Source: Utricularia gibba (lineage: Eukaryota; Plantae; Magnoliophyta). Taken from it: DNA of 64,000 nucleotides. A program made the position numbers and the translations under genes. The stretch covers positions 3,154,252 to 3,218,251 of the forward strand of contig NEEC01000013.1 in assembly GCA_002189035.1 (NCBI GenBank). Direction: 5' to 3'. The notes under the pieces were generated by a model. It saw nothing but the letters and a program-made list of their open reading frames with translations, ran no database searches and was not told where the DNA came from. This document shows positions 1 through 19,075 of the stretch, piece after piece (the first letter of the stretch is position 1; each line of letters begins with the position of its first letter).

Positions 1-44
1 AAAGTGAAGGCAGGCTCATGCAACATCTCTGTTCTGCTCCGCAG

Positions 45-1164
45 GGAGTATACCACTGTGGCTACCATTCTGAAAAATCATACGGGGCAGCGTCCTATGT
101 CATTACTCACCCAAACGGCAATATACTCATAGACAGGTACAACCTCCACTCCCTCACAGTAAGTAGGTGTAAGTTTTAACTCGGGGAACAGTTGAGCTTC
201 CCAGGCTGATACATTTTTTTGGTAACTTGCAGCCCTAGATATTCGGCGCCGTTGGCAGACAGGATTCGGAAGATGGGAGGAATCCGCTACATGTTCCTCA
301 GCCACAGGTGTTAAACGTTATACGTTGTCTCTCATCTATTACCGCCTTTTGCTTATCTTTGTCGGTCGCTTCATGGCAACACTGACTTGTGACTGAGTGC
401 AGGGATGATGTTGCTGATCATGAGAGGTGGTCAAAAGAGTTCGGCTGTCAAAGGATTCTTCATTCCGAAGAGGTAAACATACATTGCCTGGAAGCCACTT
501 TCAGAAAAAAGATCACACATTAGACGTGATTTACCAGGTTGGTCCGGCTACAGCGGATGTCGAGATGAAGCTAGAAGGAAGCGGGCCATGGACGCTCGAT
601 GATGATCTTACACTGATATTCACCCCTGGCCATACACAAGTTAGTTCGTCCTCACATTTTTCCCCCGGACTTCTGCTCCATGATTCTTAGGTTCTACTGT
701 TCGACAAATCTTAGGGAAGTGTGTGCCTACTTGACAAAAAGAGGAAGGTGCTTTTCACAGGGGACCATCTTTCCATGGGGGAGGGAGAATCCGGGTTGCT
801 CATTTCAGAGGAACACAACTGGTTTTCAGGTTCTGTTCTTGAGTTTTTAGTCTATTCCATTTTCGTGCTGATCTTCGATTCAAGAATATCACATTCTCTG
901 AACTCCCTGCAGTTCCCTTGCAACTGAAGAGCGTGGAGAAATTGCTTGACTGGGATTTTGAATGGATACTTCCAGGCGAGTATAAATTTTCCAGCTCGCT
1001 CTATTGTATCCCTCTGCTGATCAAACCTTACTAGTCTGGGAATGACACCCAGAGATGGACATAACGATCATGACTTTTCAGGGCATGGGAGGAGAGCTAG
1101 TTTTCAGAGCATGGAGGAAAAGAACCAGGCTGTGAAGTCTCTGTTGGCTGCATATGGGAAGTAA
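45..1164 (+). CDS. Metallo-beta-lactamase-fold hydrolase (plant family), 5' part outside the window; multi-exon
   Basis: Spliced exons read [40 protein letters not shown] (HxDxxxH metal motif), TPGHT, LFTGDHL, EWILPGHGRR; stop TAA at 1162-1164. Confidence 0.8.
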
Positions 1165-1324
1165 GAACCCAGTTCAGGAATGTTTCCGTTTACTTTTTTC
1201 TAGGAAAAAAGGAACCGAAATCCGGGCCTTATCAGAGTACATGCAATCAGAATACTTGTTCTTTGGATACTAACTTATCACGAACACCATTGATGGTCAA
1301 ATAAAAAAGAAAGACGAGATCATT

Positions 1325-4300
1325 TCATGGCAACCCCAGCAGCTCCAAGTTCCCTTGGCTTATATTCCAGTCTCCTCTCTCAATCTCTGCGAATAGTTGC
1401 TCCCATGCCCAGCCAGAATATCCCAAAAAGAACCTGAAGTCATCAAGTGAGCGGTCGCCAATTCTGATTTCTTCGATTACACCGAGAATGGCAAATTGAT
1501 CAATGAAGTGGATGTTTGGCAAAACCTCGACGGATATGTCTTGTATTGAATTGTTTGTTAGAGCAACAAGAGGCATCCCACGAGTCACGACAGGACCACC
1601 AAAAAATAAGGCGGCTTCTTTGAGCAGCATAAGATCCTGCCCAAGTTCAACAGAATCCCAGGTGATAGGTTTGTTGGTAATCAGACCCTGAAATCCCGAG
1701 ATTTCATCTGCTTTAACTAACAGGATTCTGGATTCGTCAAATGGGTGAATACCGAGAAGCTTCCCAGTAGCTATCAAAACGCAGCCAACAGGGAGATGGC
1801 TTCTTTCGTGTGAAGCGAAAGGGGGCTTGGCCACAATCTGGTCATGTTCAGGCAATGCATTATGCGATCCATCTTTAAGAATGACTTCATGGTGGAAGCT
1901 CCGGCTCCTAGGAGCCCGTTTAAATGCTTTGAGGCCATGCAGGACACCTAAAGGAAGAAAAATAAATCATAGCAACACCAGAATGATAAGTAACAGAAGT
2001 ATGGATCACACACTTTTTAAACGGAAAACCCAACGTGATGCAAACGCCAATGGATTACATAAAAAGGTAATCGTAGAATAAAAACTCACTTTTATCAATG
2101 ATAACATCTCTTACATCGCTACCATGGACTGCAAGAAAATTGAGAATACCACATACTGAAGCATCTCCTTCATAAGATATTGTATTGTTCTTCTTTCCTG
2201 CAGGGAATAGCAGAAGACGTGGATATATTTCCCTCTGCAAATTCAAGTGCATCAGACATTAGTATATATAATGATAAGAGTTGCAATTGTAAAAAAGACC
2301 AAAGTATAAGGCATCTATAGTGGGATAAAAATATTGAATAATTTGATACAACAAAAGTCGAGTACTTCAAGTGCCATGACCTGCAATTGTTGTTGTGTAA
2401 TAAAGCTGCAGTCGTTTACGGTGCAATCCATCTTATAAATGAGCGGCAACTTTGATGGCATTTCTTCAGCATAATCTACCATAATCAATAATGCAAAACG
2501 TTGCTATTATAAGTTGCTATCCATGTTCAAGCTCTAGAATGCCTTTCCCGATAATTATGGCATTCACAGAAAGTCAGTCCACTACCGAATGCTACTGGCT
2601 ACTCTAGAATAAAATGAGTGGAAAGAAAAAAAACAAGATTTAGAAATTGCCATCTTCAAAAAGAACACATTTTTAAGGATACTCCATCTCAGTTGTTAAG
2701 TAGAACATGGAAGGCTAAGAAGTTCAAGAAGAATAAAGATGAAAAATCACAAGTGAATCTTTGAAATCACGACAATGTTGACAAAATGACCTTACTCGTC
2801 CATTTCCCTTCTCTTGAGGTACTACTCCTCATCGCATGTTTATAGACCTTAACTGCATGTTGGACTTCCCGTACAGCAAGTTCCATCCTTTGGCAAAATC
2901 CACACCAAATATTGCTGAAAAGGACTAATACGTTCTTGTTCCATGAATTATTAGAATTCTTAGGGTCAGAAGTGTTACCATAAACCAACTCAGCAAAAGT
3001 CCGGCTGGTAACCACTGGAATAGACCCTTTCTCATGAAAATCAAGATTAACAAACGGTGGATTTTGTTCAGCTCTCAAGGCAGGAACTGAGACGCCTGAT
3101 TGAATAAAAGGTAGAAGGTGTCCAGCGACAAAGTCCTTCACAAATGTAGATAGTGAAGAGCGATTTACCAGATCCTCATGCAAGACGTAGTGTTTATGCG
3201 AACTTGGATCAATTATAACAACTGAGGGAACCTTCAATCCTCCAGTAAGAGTTTCTAGCAATGTGTAGTGTCCATCAATAAAATAAAAAAAGAAAGAATA
3301 GAATTCTTCTTGGCCTTCATTTATTTCTGAGAATCTGGTCTCTGTGGCTTCTCTTTCCTTGGCTCCCCCTTCCGCTTCAGAATCCAAAGAATTATTTTCC
3401 ACCAAATCATCTTTGTCCTCAATAACAATAGGCTCAATATAGGATGGATTATTTAGCTCTGCATGCTGTATACTGGCATCAGTAATCAATGTCTGCTTCT
3501 CATTGCTTTCAGAACTTTCAGATTCAGCAGGTGTTTCCTTAAACAGTTGATTAACTTGACCGCCACTTTTTGATGGTAAACCATCAACAAGTTCAATGTT
3601 AAAATCCTGAGACAGCAGTTGAAACCCTGCACTCTTTGCAATTGAACTCAGTTTAAGTTCATTACTCTTCAGTGCATAATTTAAGATCTCCTGCACCGAG
3701 CTACCTTGCATATTTGGGGCGAGGTTTTCCAAGGTAACTTGTTTTCCATCTTTCATGATCATTACAGACATCCTATCTGTAAGTACTATCTTTTGTGACA
3801 AAGGGAAAGAGTTCAACCTTGGATGTCTGAATCTATTAAGTGATGCTCTGTTACTTTTGCTAGTAGTACTGTCAGGCCTCAAACTTCGAGGTTTCTGCAT
3901 GCCATTAAACATCCTTGTCTCCTGTACGAAATCTCTAAAATAATTGAGTGCCCTTTGGCTTTCTCTTCTCACTTTCGTACTCTCGGATGACCTGTCGACA
4001 AAAAGAAGTATTGTAGGCCCTTCTGCATGCAAGGCAGCCTCAACTCCATGACTGGCATCGTCTAACTGCATAATGAAACGTTATACGCGTCGTAAGTATA
4101 GAAAAATCCCAGTAACAATTATTAACTAGAAATTAAAATGGAATTGCAGTTTATTCGAACAAAAAACGCACAGCCCCATGTGAGAAAAAGAACGTCGATT
4201 CAGTGGTGTCATGCTTCTGGAAATAAAAAACGAAAATGATTAGACGGAGTAACTTACCTCTAAAACAGGTGACACCTGAGCTTGCAGGATAGTATGCAGA

Positions 4301-5797
4301 TTCTCAGTTTGCTTGACAAGCTTATAACAATTGGGAAAACCAGCCAAATGGATAGCCATCAACCATGGATGCGGCTCCTCAATATTTAGCAGAGGTAGAA
4401 GTGACTTCTCATAAACCACAGCAAATTTGTGCCGCTCAGGAGGCAACAAGAACTGTCTAGAAAGTACTACAAAATTCTTCAGAAATACTTCGAAATTTTT
4501 GAATTCGTATTCAGTACAGTAGCCTCCATAATCAGTTGTAGCATTCCAAAAAGTAAGCATAGGCAACTTGTTTGGCTCATTAAACCCACTATCCATACCG
4601 CAAACTAGGCTGTCGTCATCAGTAACCTATCCACATGGAAGAAGATTAGGAATCACATTTTCTTAAATGCAATCAATAAGAAATGTGATACAAAGAATCA
4701 AGAGACTACCGTCAACCTTCTTGTTATCGTTTTCTTGAAAATTAAAGCCCACATTGTCCATTCCATTAAAGTCTTCCCCGAGATATTTCATCCCTGAATG
4801 AGCTTTACATTGTAATCATCAGATGAAATCAAGCATATACCTTGGGTATTCTCAAATGTTAAAAGCATACAATAAAGGGCAAAAAATTCACTGCAAATTA
4901 TGAAAGCTTTACTGCTTACATACATGGTTTATTTTTTGAATGAATATGTTTGGCAAGTAATCTCTGTGTCCATCCACAAAATTCCAAGAGAAGTACAAGT
5001 TTGTCACTTGATTGAAGAAACTGATGCAGTTCATCAGGGGTGTTCAAAGATCTAAAAGGAAGGTCATCAGGTGAAAGAGACATAGCATGGTGGATGGAGG
5101 ACAAAATATTTTGCAAGCGAAGCCTCCCCGAATATTTATAAGAAAGTGAATGGCGGTGATAAAAGAATGTTATTCCATCATTAGCTCCAAGTGCATCAGC
5201 CAGCATCTTTTCCTCATGTTTGTTTAGGAACATAAGCTTCAGTTCACCGAGCCTATGTTCATCACTTGCAACAGCTTGAGCCAATTCCCTCATTAGAGAC
5301 CTTGACTCACCGCACCCTAAAAAAAGATAAAAATATGAGATACAATTACTGAATGAGGGGCACGGCCATCAAGACTAGTTTTTTCGATGTTCAAGATCGG
5401 GTCATCAAAAAAGCATGAAGACTTCATTATTGAAGCTTCTCCCCTAGCATTAATCTAGGGCAAAAAAAAAAAGCGGCAGATTCAAAGTTAACTCGCACCG
5501 TGGAATGAAGGTCAGGCCTTTAAAGTTTTAAGCGCTGAATTTTCGCGCAGGACTACTCAGGTTTATGATCAACATCACGCGGATACAACCATAAAGCAGA
5601 AGGGTGAAGGTATTTACAGGGCACGGACACAAGGAGAAGCAGATGGTCATGCAGTCGAATCTGATAAGTGTAGTTTAACTTGGTGAGCATCTGCCATTGC
5701 ACTTCCCTCCAGGCCCGTCGCAATTCACTGGAAAAAGAAATAAAACGGCGAACGCCGCCAGGGCCAGAAGCCCTCCGTCGCGGCAATAATTAAGCAT
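1325..5797 (-). CDS. Secretory thioredoxin/PDI-like-fold protein with C-terminal DUF179 (AlgH-like) domain; multi-exon; one apparent 1-nt frameshift near 5705
   Basis: ATG at 5797 gives a signal peptide MLNYCRDGGLLALAAFAVLFLFPVNCDG, continuing after a -1 G as EVQWQMLTKLNY..QIRLHDHLLL. Contains WCGFC (CxxC) motif in ORF 2767-4071 and DUF179 motifs LITNKP, LFFGGPV, FFLGYSGW in ORF 1325-1855. Confidence 0.8.
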
Positions 5798-6311
5798 ATG
5801 CCTATTATCTTGACGAAATCGGGCAGATTCTTTGACGCCTGCGAGATATCTGGAATGGCGCTGCGGGAAAGGGCAGAAGAAAGATGGACGCGACTAACTA
5901 AAACAAGCGTCCGATACAAATTGGGTTGATAAAATAGGCAAGGCAAAGCAAAGCAGAGGGGTGGTCCTCCTGCGGCGCATTTTATTTATTTATTTATTCA
6001 TAACAGTACGCTCCTTTTATTTGATTTGATTACCATGCCCTACACTTTTTTTAAACGAGAAAATGGTGTGGGTTTTTGTTGTGCACATGGCTCTTGTAGC
6101 TCCTGGATTTTCTGCCTCCTTAGGGTAAAAAAGAAATGCAGCCCGTTGCAACTTTCAAAGCAGCTCATTATGCGAATTAAGTTTCCAGGATGACTATCGT
6201 ATGTCCAAGGACACTCTACTTGTCAACTTCGGCGTCGCATCACACTCTAACCTGTGCTTATAAATACACATTCTAAAGACACCGGCAACAAACATTAATT
6301 TCTAAGCAAAG

Positions 6312-8471
<2,160 letters not shown>

Positions 8472-8680
8472 TGGTTATTGATTATTGGTGGTGTTTATTG
8501 CAAAATCCAAAAAGTCAAGATTTGAACACCAAGGCTATTACCCACTTCCCGCGACTAGAAATAAAAAAATAATCAATGTGAGGGAAGGCGTCTTCCCTCC
8601 CATTGGCCTGCAAACAAATGCAACTTCTTGTATATAATAACACGGCCAAACCCGTCGTGCCAACATAGAGGTGGCCAAAA

Positions 8681-10741
<2,061 letters not shown>

Positions 10742-10931
10742 TCTTCTAAATGTCAATTTCAATAATGTGTGATACCATCCCGTACCCACCCACGTACCAA
10801 TAATGTTCTACAAACCTAATATTTGGAAACGTGAACAACAACATTTCAGTATCATTGGGTTTCGATAGATACAAAATAGTAACTTGCATGCTGTAGAAGT
10901 AGAACAACAAAAACATTAATAATGCCTGTCA

Positions 10932-12434
<1,503 letters not shown>

Positions 12435-12849
12435 GGTTGTTGTGCACTTGTGCTGCAAGGGAATGCAGCAGTAGTTGAGTGCTGGAACAAGTAGAAGAAA
12501 TTCAAGGAACAAGTGCTGGAATTGTGATTGTTGTTGCAGTCAGTTTTGTAGTATCAGGTTCACACAATTCGGCATGTAGAGAGTAATATGATGTTGTAAA
12601 GGTTATCTATCCATGGGTGTGGGGTGGGGGGGCATGTGTTTGGGAAGGAGAATGGATCAGGTTTGAGGTTTTTGTGAAGGGAAGAAGATTGCTTCATTGT
12701 GTGGCTGTGCTGTTTGATGGCAGCTTTTCAATGAGGGAAGACAGGGCCCGTAAGGCGTGAGGATTAAACATTACGGGAATTGTACTGAAAAGGTCAGAGA
12801 TGTAATTGGGGGTCGCACCCACAGGGCCCGCATCAGCACCCGCTTGAAA

Positions 12850-13005
12850 TTGGGCTGGTTGCACTAATATGGGCCAACTCCACGGTCTCACCACCCCATC
12901 TTCAAGCTGCTTGTTATTGGGCTGATTGAGCACAAAGGCCCAACTTTAAGATGGGCTTACACAGAATCCCATATCTGGGCTGGTTAAGGCACGCAAGCCC
13001 AACAT
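12850..13005. promoter_or_regulatory. Cluster of site II (TGGGCY/RGCCCA, TCP-binding) motifs upstream of GAPA and of an unexplained + strand region
   Basis: About seven TGGGCY or reverse-complement motifs within about 155 bp (e.g. 12851, 12870, 12918, 12938, 12952, 12977, 12996). Confidence 0.5.
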
Positions 13006-15506
13006 AAGTTGTTTCATTGACATGAGAGCATCCCAAGTCGGGCGAAATCGCGGTGGCGGGAGAAATGAAATAATTGGGTTAAGGTTTTCATTTCAAAATC
13101 TCTTCGATTCTTTTCACTGGTTTTGCTGTGTTGCCCGAGGATCTCTTCACTCGATCCGATGGAGATGCTAAGGTTTATAAGATTCTGAAGGAGGAATCAA
13201 CAATAGATGGATGGCTCCTCAAGAATCAAGAATGAAGCAACGGCAATCATGTGTCCTCTCCCCAAGGGTTGTAGCCTAAGCTCGTCAGACACAGCCACCA
13301 CGCTATTCATGGATCTGGTTTCCTAATCCTGCCCATCCTTCCTTGGGGTAACTCTCTAATCTGCTATACTCGAAATCTTTTTTCGTTTTTAATTGGGCGG
13401 CATGGGCATTCGGAAGCCCCCTTTGGAGGGACTAGAGACTTGTGACAAGATGAGAGTCTCATTACTGCAGTCACGCTGTTTCATATGCATATCTTGAATA
13501 ATTTATGCGGCACCATGACACGGCTACTGTACATGCTATCTGTACGGCCGCTAGAATGGAACATCTAAGAGGGAGGATGATCGTTTTCACAATCGATTGT
13601 TCGGTTACTATTGAGTTGTCGATGCTGGAGTAGTTGATGACCTACCTATTCCCGTTTGCTGTTTCTCACTCACAAACCGTTCCTAATTTAATTTACCCTT
13701 GCAGCCTAATTTTCCGCTTCTGGCAAAGAAGAGACATGGACTCTTTTAAACCATGCGTATCTTCTTCCAACTGGTACTGCAGTGCAACCATATTCGTTTC
13801 GTCACATCATTCCATCTCCTGGGTCTGCCCCTCGCCCTTCATCAGGTAACCAAAAAGCATGAAATCTATACAATTAAAGTGAGTACTGACTATACTTTCC
13901 AACAAATGGGTCCGCTCTTGATCCTATCACTAAGCCAAGGAATGGTTAACGCTGTGGGCCTCATCTCTCATTTCCATATATGTCTTTGGCACCTTCCCAA
14001 GATTGATGGTTGATTGATGTTCTGCCGCACCCAACTTTCCCCATAATTAATATAATTATGTGTCACTGATAACGAGTCTGGAACTAATGCTGTCTTGTCC
14101 TTATCCCATCAACCATATGGTTGATTCCTCGTCCCCGCAAATGCCCACGAGCAGAAATTAAACATCCTTTTGATACTACCGCGATAATTATCTCTATTAT
14201 TTTTTAAAGGCACTTATTATGAGTTTTACCTTACTTTTTCGCATTTGAAGCCGTTTCTCTGTATCGGTACGATGCAAAGCTGTTGCAATTGTTTGTTTTA
14301 AAGTCTCGTTAAAGTGCAACCCTTTTTTGACCAAACTATCTTGCTATGCTTTCTTTCTTCTGGCTCTGCCATTTGGGACGCTCTTCTCCCATGAATGCAA
14401 TCTGGTAGAATGTCCAGGTCAAAGCACATCATTTGTGTGTTTTTCTTCCCAGGTCATCATCATTGTGACGAATCACATCTATCACCACTACCTAACGGGT
14501 TACTTTTTGCAATAATTCATCGCACATCATTGGAGTGGATATCAACTATTGCATTGAGCACAGTATTAATATCGTCAGGAATTAAGTACCCTTTGCTATG
14601 GACGTACGGTGTGTAATTTTTTGGCACTGGAGTTGTTACTCTCCAATGACAATGATGATGCGCATCATTGTTAACATAAGATCTTTGAGGATGGAATATC
14701 ATTGCAGGAAAAGAAACGAGTTGTGCTATGAATGATGACATAGCTCATTTAATGTTGTGCCTTCGAATAGTAGGAAAATGTTTGCAGCGAAGGGAGAAGA
14801 TAAAATACGCATTTACGTCAGTCGGGTCCAGGTTGCTCACCGGTCCCGCCGGAATAAGTTGCAGCCTGAAATATTCAGACTGAGTATGAGACCCCAGGCT
14901 GGAAAAATAGTAATCTCGACTGAAAATCGAGCTGTTATTTTGTGGCCAGCACCCCACAGCTAAGCTAGTGAATTCTAAGGACGTAGGGGGCGGACTCATC
15001 GCCGCAATTGGGTTTCTTCTCTTGTTGTATGTGCCTTACCAACCCCCTGCACCTAAAAGGAAGTGGATAAATAATTCCACTAGCCCCAAGGTTGTCGCTG
15101 TTGCTGATGAAAAAATAATTCGGCTGGTGCGTAACTTCACCCTCCTTTTATATACCAAATTATTCTGTGAATTTAGTATCAAGACAGCACAGCAACCCAA
15201 TTCTTCTTTGTGAAATGGTATCAAGTACCAGAGGTGGGGTGCGGCGTGCGCTACAGTCAGGCATATATTGCTGTTCCCGTCTTTACCCGTGTAATCACTG
15301 TTAGTTTTTTCTGCTCTGGATAACGGAAAGGCTTCAGATCTGTTGGCAGAGAGGGCTAAGGCGAGAATAAAAATGAGGGAGTTCAGAAATGCCGTTGCAG
15401 TCCATAAAAGCTGAATTCTTTTTAGAGCTAGTCCAGAGTTTCGTTTGAAGGTTGTGCTTTTTGGTTCTTTTGATTGAAAAATTAAACTTGGAAGGCGTTG
15501 GCGGAA

Positions 15507-18500
15507 ATGATCGAAGCATTTGGAGGTTCCTATATTGGAATTCGCAGTAGCAACGCTGGCAATGGTGTGCTCAAGGAACTTCAGGTTGTCTTCTGCTCTC
15601 TTATCTCTCTCTCTCACACACACGTAGACATCTTCTTTGCTGGCAAGGTGTAGGTTTATCGGTTTTCTTCCACTCCCCTGGCATCGGAAGTTCTATTTTT
15701 CAGTACAGTGCTTCTTTTTTCTTGGGGTTGGGTGGGGTGGTGAATCACCATCCTGAACTCTCCCTTTCGTATCCATTCCTTCATCTTGCGTGCAAAAACA
15801 AATTCTTAGAAGTTTTTAATGATCGTAAATGAGGCAATTTTGGAATAGTAGCCGCACAAAAGCAGAAAGATGCCCACCGCCACTTCAGTAATTTATTTGT
15901 TTCATCCTTTCAAACACTGCGTATTTATTTCATTTTTGTCTAAGCAAAAATGACGGCCTTGGAATCTTTAAAAAATGCTACTCGGCAAGATTGATGTGCA
16001 TGCTGAAAATTGACGTAATATTCTCTTCGATGAGCAGCAATTATGGAGAGAAATTGGGGAGACCGAAGCTGACAAAGATCGAATGTTGGTGGAGATTGAG
16101 CAAGAGTGCTTAGAAATCTACAAAAGAAAATTTGATGAAGCGACAAATGTTAGGACACGTCTTCAGCATTCTATTGCCACCAAGGAAGCTGAGGTTGCAA
16201 AGCTTGTCGCGAGTCTTGGAGATGCAAATATTAACTTTCAGGTGATTTAGCGTTTTCAGAAGTTTCTTAAGAAAATATGAATGTTGTCGTATTTTTTGTT
16301 ACTCTCTTCTCTGACGATTACTGCTGGGCCATGTGCAATATACATAAGTTTAGAGTATTGTCAATTTGCAATTCTGACCATTTTTTTCTATGATAACAGT
16401 TTTTATCCTCATGTTCAGCATTCGTGTGATGTTATTGGCCACTAGAATCCAGTTTGGATTTGAATTCTAGGCTATTGCCTGACGATATGGCTAATGCTTT
16501 TTTAGTAGATTTTGAAATGTTTAATTTACGTCAGGTCAAATTCTGCATCTGTTTTTTATGTTAAGTCCTGTTAAACTAATTGAGCAAATTTACAAACTCA
16601 TAACCGTATCCGTGATTTCCAATTGACTCAGTTATATTTTTGCTAAACAGGTTTTGCCTTACAAGAAGGCATATTCTTTGAGAGCAAAACTAGACTCAAT
16701 TACACCCTTAGTGGAAGAACTAAACTTGAAAAAGGAGGAGAGAGTGAAGCAATTTGCAGATGTTAAGCTGCAAATTGAAAAGATAGCAGATGAAATTTCT
16801 GGATACAGCCATGTTGTTGGCTCCATGAATTCATTGAATGTTGATGAAGATGATTTGTCTCTGAGGAAGCTTAGGGAATACCAATCCAATCTTCACGCGC
16901 TCCAGAAAGTTAAGGTATAAAAGTATTACACAGTAAAAAGTGAAAATAGTTGGTTTAATCCACGTGCTATTTTTCAAGAAATTTTCAGGGTATTCTATTT
17001 CTGTTGCATGCGCCTCATGTGATATAATTGCGTTTAGTCGTTCAGACGTTTAGCCCTTAGTGGTATGTATATTTGGAGTTGCAGTCAGCATGCATACTAT
17101 CCTTCTTAAAATGTTTTCAGCTATCCCTTTATGTTAGTCAGCAGTGTACTTGTGCTTATTGATACCTTGGTTCCAATTTCTTGCATGTACATAATGTACA
17201 TATTTAGCTCCAGTATTTTATATGATGCGGATTATGTAGAGGCCTAAATGTGTTTCATTTTGTAGTCTGAACGCCTGCAAAAGATTATGGATTATGTGAA
17301 CGAAGTGCATACTCTGAGCAGTGCAATGGGTTTGGATTTTGGTAGAATCGTGGATGATATTCATCCAAGTCTGCATCAATCAAGCATTGAGAATACAACA
17401 AACATTAGTGACACCACAGTAGAAGGGCTCGATGAAGCTGTCCAAAGGTTAAAATCTGAAAGAAAGAATAGATTCCAGCAGGTGTTGCCGCTTACAATAC
17501 CTTTTTAATTCTGCGATTCCCTGTTTTCTTGCTGAAAAATTCTATATGTTGCAGCTGAAAGATATGGCAATCTCTCTGTCCGAACTATGGACATTGATGG
17601 ATGTGCCAAGGGAAGAGAAAACACATTTCCTTAAAATTACTTCGATACTTAGCCTATCTGAAACAGAGATTGTGCAACCATCTGCCCTTTCACAGGGAGT
17701 TATCGAACAGGTGTGGAAACTGTGGTGCACTATTCTCATTTCCAGGTTTTCATGCTCGGTCAATTTTGGCTTCTTCTTGATAGGTATCCACTGAGTTTGA
17801 GAGACTGAAAAAACTGAAAGCAAGCAGGTTGAAGGAGCTGGTGACGAAGAGGAGGTCAGAGCTGGAGGAGATTTGCCATGAAGCTCATATTCTTCCGGAC
17901 CCAAGTTCTGCTGCTGAGAAACACAATGCTTTGATAGAATCTGGTAACTGAACTTGGCTTGGGAGTTGACGTTAGTTCTCTTCTGGTACCTTAACTGCTG
18001 CCTTCTTCAGGGTTGGTCGATCCTTGTGAAATCTTAGCCAATGTGGAGGCTCAAATACAGATAGCCAAACAGGAAGCATCTAGCCGTAAAGAAATAAATG
18101 CCAAGATAGATCGATGGCTTGCAGCTTGTGAAGAAGAGAAATGGCTGGAGGATTATAATCAAGTCAGCTCTGGGGACCTCGATAATTTCTTTGATTGTAT
18201 CCTCTTGATTCCAGGAGTAAATTATTCTGAATTCTGATATTCTCCACAGGACCATAACCGTTATAATGCTGGAAGAGGAGCGCATATTAACCTAAAGCGT
18301 GCTGAGCGAGCTAGAATTGTGATAAACAAGCTTCCAGGTGCTACTCTTTTTACTTTTTGATGATGCCTTCCCACTCTTCTTCTGACATGTAGAGCTGTTA
18401 TTTTCAGTGATGGTCGATAATCTAATGATGAAGGCTTTGGCATGGGAGGCTGATAAACAGAAACATTTTCTTTACAATGGGGTACGTTTTCCCACATCCA

Positions 18501-19075
18501 GTCAGCTTTCGATACTTGGCCTTTATCCTGGGCATTTAGATTTGAATACGCTCAGGCTGTTCTATCCAGGTACGTTTTGTTTCCATTCTGGAGGATTATA
18601 AACGAGCCAGACAAATTAAGGAAGAGGAGAAAAAACGAGCCCGGGTAGCATTATAATTTCTATTATTTGGCGTCTTCATAATCTTTAATCAATTTGGACT
18701 CTAAGACACTGAAAGCTTGCCAGAAAAATGTATTGTTGGTCTGATTCTACTTGATGTGCTCCAGGACCAGAAGAAACTTCACGACATGCTCCTCGCTGAG
18801 AAAGAGGCTATGCGGGGATCTAAGCCAAGTCCTAGACGGTTGAAGCCCAGTGGCTACTCAACATGTGGAACGGGGTTTGCAACTCCATCATCCCGTCGGA
18901 ATTCAGCTGGATATGAGCTCCTGACTCCACGTTCTTATTCGGGCCGCCAGAATGGGCATTTCAAGGAAATGAGAAGGCTTTCCACCGCCCCTTGAACTTC
19001 GCTCCAGTTCCAAAAGAGGACACCATTTCATTTTCATCTGTTTATGGCTCAGAGCCTGAATCTCCCTCTCTGTGA
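15507..19075 (+). CDS. MAP65: Microtubule-associated protein 65 (MAP65/Ase1/PRC1 family, MAP65-6/7-like); multi-exon; apparent 1-nt frameshift at 18988-18991
   Basis: Exon 1 MIEAFGG..VLKELQ joins [31 protein letters not shown]; [16 protein letters not shown]; [19 protein letters not shown]; C-terminus RRLSTAP(L)[26 protein letters not shown] if one C is restored. Confidence 0.9.

Noticed and set aside
15036-15623. 195-aa minus-strand ORF
   Set aside because: Non-ATG start in a microsatellite, antisense to MAP65 exon 1 and leader, no recognisable domain.
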